A stretch of 64,000 bases of DNA. Source: a virus. Positions 57,841 to 64,000 of this stretch are shown one piece after another (position 1 is the first letter of the stretch; every line of letters begins with the position of its first letter). Where the stretch lies: positions 1-64,000 of IMG/VR virus record IMGVR_UViG_3300037572_000374; one strand, 5' to 3'. The notes beneath the pieces are model-generated. The model worked only from the letters and a program-made list of their open reading frames with translations. It was not told where the DNA came from and made no database searches. Position numbers and translations under genes: made by a program.

Positions 57841-59772
57841 ATGAGATTAGATAGAGCAGTAGTAAAAAACTTTTTAACTTATGAGAATCTGGATTATAAC
57901 TTTTCCAGAAATCCTCTATTAGTACAAGGTAGAAATTTAACAGAAGAAGATCAGGAATCAAACGGATCCGGAAAGTCTGGTTTGTTTACAGCAATTGAGT
58001 TTTGTATTACAGCTAGTAATTCTAGAGATGTAAGAGATAACGAATTAGTTATGTTTGGAGAGAAACAAGCAAATGCTGAATTGTATGCCTCATGTGATAT
58101 TAGAAAAGAACAATTACATATAGCTTGGCTAATTAAAGTAAAAGGATCCAATGTACTAACACTTAAAAAGAAATCGTACGATGGAGAATGGGAAGAGATA
58201 AGTTTCTCAAATGTAAATGATGGTAAGAAGTATATCATGAATTGGTTTGATATTGAAAAAGAAGACCTATTCAACTATTACATTATTAACAAGAGTAGAT
58301 TTAAAACTTTCTTTAAAGCTAGTAATAAGGAAAAAGTAGAGTTGATAAACAGATTTAGTGATGCATCGATTATTGATGGACTAGATAAAGTTGACAATTC
58401 TGAGTTACAGTTAGAATATGATACTATCAAATCTAATATAGATAAAGTAGTTGGAAAGGTAGAATTCATTACTCAACAACTAACTCAAGAGGAAGAAGTA
58501 ATTGATGAGAGTCAATTAGTAAAAGACATTCAAGATAAGATCTCACAAGTAAATGACGATAAGTTAGATGTACAAGATGAGATTAAAGAGTTTGACCAAA
58601 AGAAGTCAGATGATGCTAAATTGTTAAAAGATGCTGAAGGTAAATTAGCAGCAATAGACGTTAAGGTATCTATGGCTCAAAAGGCATTTGATAATTACAA
58701 AACACAATTAATAAGTACAACAGATCAAGAAGATCAAATTGACACATTGTCTACAAAGCAATTGAAGGTAGATAAGTTACTCAATGAATTAGATATAGAA
58801 TTATCTGGATCCATTGAATGTCCTAAATGTTCTTATGAATTTGTATTAGATTCTAAACATGGATCCATTGAACAAGCTAAACAAAAACAGAGTCAAGCGT
58901 GTGAGATAAGAAAAACTATTTCAAGTAAGATTGACCAGTTAGATGTTGAGATTTCAAATATACAATCTTCTAATAAAGAACAAGAAGATAAGAGACAGAA
59001 GTTAAGAGATGATCTAAACCAAGCTTCAACTCAATCTCAATCTTCATCAAGACAAGTACTAAGATATGAAAAACTTATTGCTGAGCACGATAAAGATATA
59101 GCAGACTGTAATAATGATCTAAAACAATTTGATCTAGATATCAAGCAATTGAATATAGATATTAAGAATGTAGGATCCACAAAGCCAAACAATAAAGAAA
59201 ACTTTGAAGAGCAGTTATCAAAACTCTCAACAGAGCAGAAGGATCTTGAAGAGGAGTTATCTACAAAAGGAGATGAGATCTATAAGAGGAATCAATGGGC
59301 CAATAACTTTAAACAGTTTAGAGCTCATCTTGCAAACCAATCATTGGAAGCAATAGAATTTCACATGAATAGATATTTAGATGGAATGGATTCAGATTTG
59401 AAAGTTAAGATGGAAGGATTTAAACTTCTTGCAAATGGAACATTCAAAGATGAGATTACAGCTAAAATTATTAGAACAGTTGAAAGATCGTTCAGTAGCT
59501 TCTCAGGAGGTGAACAAGGAAGACTTTTATTTGCAGCAATACTTGCAAATAGACATATGTTAAATAGTACTCACAAATATGGTGGTTTAGATTTCTTATC
59601 TATTGACGAAGTATTTGAAGGAGTAGATTCTTTAGGATTGAAAAAATTAGTAAAGAGTGCTAAACAATTAGATATTTCTGTTATGATTATTACTCACGTT
59701 ACAGATGAAGAAGTAAGTGATGATATATTATTAATTGAAAAAATAAATGGAATAAGTTATGTCAAAAAATAA
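57841..59772 (+). CDS. SbcC/Rad50-like SMC ATPase
   Basis: NGSGKS, CPKC zinc hook, FSGGE, IDEVFEGVD, ITH. Confidence 0.93.
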   Translation: MRLDRAVVKNFLTYENLDYNFSRNPLLVQGRNLTEEDQESNGSGKSGLFTAIEFCITASNSRDVRDNELVMFGEKQANAELYASCDIRKEQLHIAWLIKVKGSNVLTLKKKSYDGEWEEISFSNVNDGKKYIMNWFDIEKEDLFNYYIINKSRFKTFFKASNKEKVELINRFSDASIIDGLDKVDNSELQLEYDTIKSNIDKVVGKVEFITQQLTQEEEVIDESQLVKDIQDKISQVNDDKLDVQDEIKEFDQKKSDDAKLLKDAEGKLAAIDVKVSMAQKAFDNYKTQLISTTDQEDQIDTLSTKQLKVDKLLNELDIELSGSIECPKCSYEFVLDSKHGSIEQAKQKQSQACEIRKTISSKIDQLDVEISNIQSSNKEQEDKRQKLRDDLNQASTQSQSSSRQVLRYEKLIAEHDKDIADCNNDLKQFDLDIKQLNIDIKNVGSTKPNNKENFEEQLSKLSTEQKDLEEELSTKGDEIYKRNQWANNFKQFRAHLANQSLEAIEFHMNRYLDGMDSDLKVKMEGFKLLANGTFKDEITAKIIRTVERSFSSFSGGEQGRLLFAAILANRHMLNSTHKYGGLDFLSIDEVFEGVDSLGLKKLVKSAKQLDISVMIITHVTDEEVSDDILLIEKINGISYVKK

Positions 59773-60307
59773 AACTATATACATAGGAATAGATCCTGGA
59801 AAGCAAGGTTTCATAGCCATAATAAAGGACGAAGAGAACATCTTTTTCCCTATGCCATATGAAAGACTAGAAGGCAAGTCAGTATTCTGTGAGAAGTGTT
59901 TAAAACCTCTTGTAGAAGAGATTAAAGACTTGTGTGAAGGATATGAGATTAAAGTAGGTATTGAGCAAGTAGGTGGTAGAGGAGGTTGGAGTGCAACAAA
60001 TAACTTCAACTTTGGATACACAGCTGGATTGCAAAAACTTATGATGATTATGATTGATGCTGACATATTAATGGTTAGACCTGCAAAATGGCAATCAGTA
60101 ATGAGAAAGGGCTACGACAACATAAAGAAAGCTAGCTCTACTGGAAAGACTATGGTTAATGATTCAAAAGCAATAGCAGAGTTTATTGCACTAACAGAAT
60201 GGCCAGAGATAGACTTTAGGAAAAGTACAAGAGCTAGAAAGAATGATGACAATAAAATTGATGCATTTTTAATTGCTCAATATTTAAAAAGAATAGATGG
60301 AAAATAG
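59759..60307 (+). CDS. RuvC-like Holliday junction resolvase
   Basis: IGIDPGKQG, IEQV, RPAKWQ, DAFLIA. Confidence 0.85.
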   Translation: MSKNKTIYIGIDPGKQGFIAIIKDEENIFFPMPYERLEGKSVFCEKCLKPLVEEIKDLCEGYEIKVGIEQVGGRGGWSATNNFNFGYTAGLQKLMMIMIDADILMVRPAKWQSVMRKGYDNIKKASSTGKTMVNDSKAIAEFIALTEWPEIDFRKSTRARKNDDNKIDAFLIAQYLKRIDGK

Positions 60308-61988
60308 AACATTCTATATCGACAAGGTCAATAAGACTATTAACTTAACTTTTGATTTCGATCACAGTATAGTTAATAGGATTAAGGCTTGTGATTATAA
60401 TACTAGATTCAATCCAGAATTTAAACAATGGATCATTCCAATTACTGAATATTCTAAATCAAGAGCTTTGCAATTGATTAGAGATTTTGACTTTAAACAA
60501 GTTGAACAGATAATAGAAGAAGATGTAGTAGTTGATTACAAACAGACTGAAGTTGATTATGCTTATTTAAGAGGACTATGTGACTCAAGAGGATTTACAT
60601 ATGAACCAAGAGATTATCAAATTGAAGCATTAGGTTATGCATTAGAGAAAGGAAACATCATTAATGGAGATGATGTAGGACTTGGTAAGACATTTGAAAG
60701 TATAATGTATGCTGAGACTACAAATTCATTTCCATGTTTAGTTGTTGTTCCTGCTTCTGTAAAATACAATTGGCAAGAAAAGTGGTTAGAGATTACTGGT
60801 AACAAAAGAAGTGTTGCAGTAATAGAATCTAAAGAAACTAAGAAAAGAGTAAATGATTGGAATGCAGATGTAGTAGTTATTAATTATGACATCATTGGTA
60901 AGAAGCAAGGAAAAGGAGCTACAGTTAAGTTTGCTGAATTAGCCGATACTGAATGGTCGATGATTATATTTGATGAAGCACATTTCTTAAAAGAGAAGAC
61001 TTCTCAAAGAGCAAGGGCTGCTAAGAAGATTACACAAGGAGATATGAAGATCCAAATGTTAACTGGAACTGCTGTAATGAGTAGACCAGTTGAGCTTTGG
61101 AATTTATTAGTTTTAGCTAAACAAGAAAAGAAGATAGCAAAAGACTGGATGCACTTCATAACTAGATACTGTGGTGGATATAGAGGTAAATTTGGATGGG
61201 TTACAGATGGAGCTACAAATACATTAGAACTGAATAGAAAGCTCAGAGAGGTGTGTTATATACGTAGAGAGAAGAGAGATGTACTCTCTGAATTACCTGA
61301 TGTAACAAAACAAGTTATTCAAATGCCAATTACAAATCTTGCAAAGATCAAAAGAGCTTTGACAGACTTCATAGCTTTTGTTAAAGAGACTAAAGGAGAA
61401 GAGAGTGCTGAGAAAGCTCAAGAGGCTGAACACTTAGTTGCTTTAGGAACTATGAGAAAATTAGCTATTGAAGGAAAGCTAAAAGCTGTTGATTTATATC
61501 TTAGGGATTGGAAACAAGCTGAGAAAGGTAAATTATTAATCTTTGGAATTCATAGAGAAGGACTTGATTATCTATCTGAAAAATTCAAAAGCAAATTAAT
61601 TGCTGGTGGAATGAGCAGTAAGGTAAAACAAGAAACAGTTAAGGAGTGGGTAGAGAATGATAATATGTTTCTATTTGCAAATATGCAATCAGCAGGAACT
61701 GGAGTAGATGGATTACAACATGCATGTTCAAATATGCTAATTCTAGAACTACCTTGGAGACCGAGTGATTTAACTCAAGCAATTGGAAGATTGGATAGGA
61801 GTGGACAGAAAGAACCAGTTACAGTTTCTTTTATGTTAAATGATGATACAATAGATAAAGAGATGTTTGAAATGATCTCAGATAAGGAGCTAGTAACTGA
61901 AGCAGTAAACAAAGGTGTTGATATTCGAAAGAATAAGTCAGGATTAAAGTCTGTGATGAGAAAGTTGTTAAAAAGGGGAAAAAAATAA
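60297..61988 (+). CDS. SNF2-family helicase
   Basis: DDVGLGKT, DEAH, LTGT, QAIGRLDRSGQ. Confidence 0.92.
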   Translation: MENRTFYIDKVNKTINLTFDFDHSIVNRIKACDYNTRFNPEFKQWIIPITEYSKSRALQLIRDFDFKQVEQIIEEDVVVDYKQTEVDYAYLRGLCDSRGFTYEPRDYQIEALGYALEKGNIINGDDVGLGKTFESIMYAETTNSFPCLVVVPASVKYNWQEKWLEITGNKRSVAVIESKETKKRVNDWNADVVVINYDIIGKKQGKGATVKFAELADTEWSMIIFDEAHFLKEKTSQRARAAKKITQGDMKIQMLTGTAVMSRPVELWNLLVLAKQEKKIAKDWMHFITRYCGGYRGKFGWVTDGATNTLELNRKLREVCYIRREKRDVLSELPDVTKQVIQMPITNLAKIKRALTDFIAFVKETKGEESAEKAQEAEHLVALGTMRKLAIEGKLKAVDLYLRDWKQAEKGKLLIFGIHREGLDYLSEKFKSKLIAGGMSSKVKQETVKEWVENDNMFLFANMQSAGTGVDGLQHACSNMLILELPWRPSDLTQAIGRLDRSGQKEPVTVSFMLNDDTIDKEMFEMISDKELVTEAVNKGVDIRKNKSGLKSVMRKLLKRGKK

Positions 61989-62124
61989 AAAATATTTTAT
62001 TGCATGAATAGGAGCCTTAGGGCTCCTTTCTTTGTTTTGTTAAAAAATAAATGAAATAAATGTTGCTTTGAACTTTGGTTTAGGAGTATCTTTATCTCAT
62101 CAAACAAATAAAAAAATAGAAATT

Positions 62125-62487
62125 ATGTTATCAAACAACACTTTAGAAGTATTAGAACAAAAATTAGCTTACGTAAAATCTCAGTTAAAAACTGAAGGAA
62201 AGTATTTAAATCCACAAGGGATGGTAATTATCAACAGAGAATTATCTTCTCTTAAAGGTAAGATTAATGAAGCTAAACTTAGACACTTTGTTGGAAAAAC
62301 AACAAAAGGAGCTTTAGTTTACACAGCAGTTAATCCTTATGGATCTACATCAGCTGATAAAGTACTTTATATAGAGGGTCTTCCAAGTGGATGGGATGCT
62401 GCTGCATTTGATCAAACAAGTGGAGCTGAACAAGAAGTTATGATTGATGGAGGTCAAGAGTGGTCAGAAACAATTATCTTCAACTAG
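62125..62487 (+). CDS. Early hypothetical protein (start 62125)
   Basis: Promoter at 62062. Confidence 0.7.
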   Translation: MLSNNTLEVLEQKLAYVKSQLKTEGKYLNPQGMVIINRELSSLKGKINEAKLRHFVGKTTKGALVYTAVNPYGSTSADKVLYIEGLPSGWDAAAFDQTSGAEQEVMIDGGQEWSETIIFN

Positions 62488-62547
62488 AAAAATACAAAGA
62501 GGGATATGGACCACTCTCTAACTGGTCCTATTACGAATAAATACAAT

Positions 62548-62913
62548 ATGAGAATATTAACAATTTTATTATTTGTGATTTCATTAAGTTGTAAGTCACA
62601 AGAGCCACAAAAAGTTCATGCTACAGTTTACAATGCTGTACCAGAACAAACTAATTCAGATCCTGGTCACACAGCATTTATGTTTGAGTTAGATTTACAA
62701 AATCCTTACAAGCACAAAATTATTGCAGTGAGTAGAGATTTATTAAAAAAGTATCCTAAAGGAACCAAAGTACAAGTACAAGGTACTACCTATGATGGGA
62801 TTTTTATTGTAATGGATAAAATGAATAAGAGATATACAAATCGTATTGATCTGTTGATTAATCAAGAAATGCAGATTGGCAATTGGCCAGATGCAACAAT
62901 AACTAAAATCTAG
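62548..62913 (+). CDS. 3D-domain (MltA-like) lipoprotein
   Basis: Lipobox LS-C; ATVYN..QTNSDP, IAVSRDL, DKMNKR..RIDLL. Confidence 0.8.
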   Translation: MRILTILLFVISLSCKSQEPQKVHATVYNAVPEQTNSDPGHTAFMFELDLQNPYKHKIIAVSRDLLKKYPKGTKVQVQGTTYDGIFIVMDKMNKRYTNRIDLLINQEMQIGNWPDATITKI

Positions 62914-62917
62914 TAAT

Positions 62918-63280
62918 ATGAAAAAGTTTATTTTAGCGATCGATTTTGATGGCACAATAGCAACAGATAGTTTTCCAGAAGTAGGAAAGCTAATCAAAGA
63001 TGCAGATAGAATTATACAAAAGCTGTATGAAGATGGTCATGACATAATCATTAACACATGCAGAACAGGAAAGTATGAAGGATTGGCTGAGTACTTCTTA
63101 AAGAAGAATGATATACCATATCATTACATCAATAGTAATTTACCAAGAGTGATTGAATTCTTTAAACAAGATTGTAGAAAGATTTCAGCAGACTATTATA
63201 TAGATAATAGAAGTATTGGTAGATTACCAAGTTGGACAGAAATTTATAAAATAATTAAAAAAGATAGCTTAGGCAAATAA
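62918..63280 (+). CDS. HAD-family hydrolase
   Basis: IDFDGTI, TCR, K..ADYYID. Confidence 0.88.
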   Translation: MKKFILAIDFDGTIATDSFPEVGKLIKDADRIIQKLYEDGHDIIINTCRTGKYEGLAEYFLKKNDIPYHYINSNLPRVIEFFKQDCRKISADYYIDNRSIGRLPSWTEIYKIIKKDSLGK

Positions 63281-63308
63281 TTTTAGTATCTTTACCAAAA
63301 ATACAATT

Positions 63309-63584
63309 ATGGCAGAAAGGTTTAATGTAAGTGAAAATAGGTTTGAATGTCTCAAACAGCTAATGGCAGATGCCAAGGCTGGGAGGAAGAAAATCTCAGC
63401 AAAGCAACACAGAGAGTTGTTGAACTTAAAGGCAGCTTATAATGGATTCTCCAAAGACTTCGATCTACAAACTACACTGAGAGTAATTTCTCACTTAGAA
63501 GATATGAAGGCAGGAGAGGCAGCTACAAGTAGCGACTTAATTAGATTAGAGATATTAAAAGATAAAATCTTAGGACATGAATAA
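63309..63584 (+). CDS. Hypothetical protein
   Basis: ORF after a partial promoter at 63287. Confidence 0.65.
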   Translation: MAERFNVSENRFECLKQLMADAKAGRKKISAKQHRELLNLKAAYNGFSKDFDLQTTLRVISHLEDMKAGEAATSSDLIRLEILKDKILGHE

Positions 63585-64000
63585 GATTATAGCATACACA
63601 GATGGAAGTGCAGTAGTTAGAGGAGTGGCTAAGGGTAATGGAGGTTTTGGAACTTATTTTCCAGATCTGTATGGATCCAAAGCTGCCTTTAGTTTAGGTT
63701 TTAAAACAACTAAGACTGGACGTATGGAAGTGTCTGCTTTATTCTATGCAATCAATGCTATCAAAAAAGATAGTGCAGTAGAACTTGTTATTTACAGTGA
63801 TTCAGAATATGTAGTCAAATCCTTTACAGAGAATAGATTACAAAAGTGGATTGCTAATGGATGGAGAAATTCTGGTGGCAGTATTGCAAACATAGATTTA
63901 TGGAAGCCAATTATACAAGCATTGGAGGATAGACCTTTGATGAAGCTAACAATGATTCATATTAGATCTCATCAAGTCGAAAAGGAGAAGGATCCATATA
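63577..64000 (+). CDS. rnhA: Ribonuclease HI (runs off the window end)
   Basis: Hand translation: YTDGS, RME, YSDSEYV, NIDLW, IRSH. Confidence 0.9.
   Translation, partial: MNKIIAYTDGSAVVRGVAKGNGGFGTYFPDLYGSKAAFSLGFKTTKTGRMEVSALFYAINAIKKDSAVELVIYSDSEYVVKSFTENRLQKWIANGWRNSGGSIANIDLWKPIIQALEDRPLMKLTMIHIRSHQVEKEKDPY

Noticed and set aside
4826-62997. Many minus-strand ORFs overlapping long plus-strand genes (e.g. 4826, 21388, 28232, 30449, 31552, 36570, 57951, 59731)
   Set aside because: Antisense shadows of codon-biased real genes, with no leaders or motifs.
1-64000. Integrase/IntI, repressor or prophage att site
   Set aside because: No ORF shows recognisable tyrosine or serine recombinase motifs, and no host flanking genes are seen.
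1-64000. Stop-codon reassignment
   Set aside because: Standard-code ORFs tile the window densely with intact conserved genes; only dnaE has an in-frame stop.

Overview
A 64-kb, AT-rich segment of a tailed dsDNA phage with a siphovirus-type gene set. The host is very probably a Flavobacteriia/Bacteroidota bacterium: there are about 27 copies of a GTTGC-N19/20-TATCTTT(A/G) promoter matching the Bacteroidota -33/-7 consensus, A-rich leaders without Shine-Dalgarno sequences, and GNVGIGT tail-fibre repeats. Layout: a GT2 glycosyltransferase/outer-membrane-protein moron, portal and terminase (0-6 kb); a converging early region of small ORFs, promoters and HNH genes (6-21 kb); tail, head and lysis genes (21-42 kb); and DNA metabolism (42-64 kb). 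The last block includes a QueC-less 7-deazaguanine pathway (QueD, QueE, flavodoxin, FolE, MazG, DpdL-like, kinase, DpdA-like), a DnaE split over two ORFs, SSB, Mre11/Rad50, RecA, RuvC, a SNF2 helicase and RNase H. The best candidate for an undescribed system is two arrays (13.2-14.3 kb, + strand; 15.4-17.1 kb, - strand) of integron attC-like hairpin sites bounding mini gene cassettes. Several ORFs start inside an attC loop and read through the GTT crossover point, so cassette shuffling would swap protein C-termini. No integrase is present in the window. Other oddities are a strong GGATCC excess, face-to-face promoter pairs, tandem small RNA units, Fur-box-like palindromes and a tRNA-like element lacking a D-arm. 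All calls come from motif reading by eye; no database searches were run.
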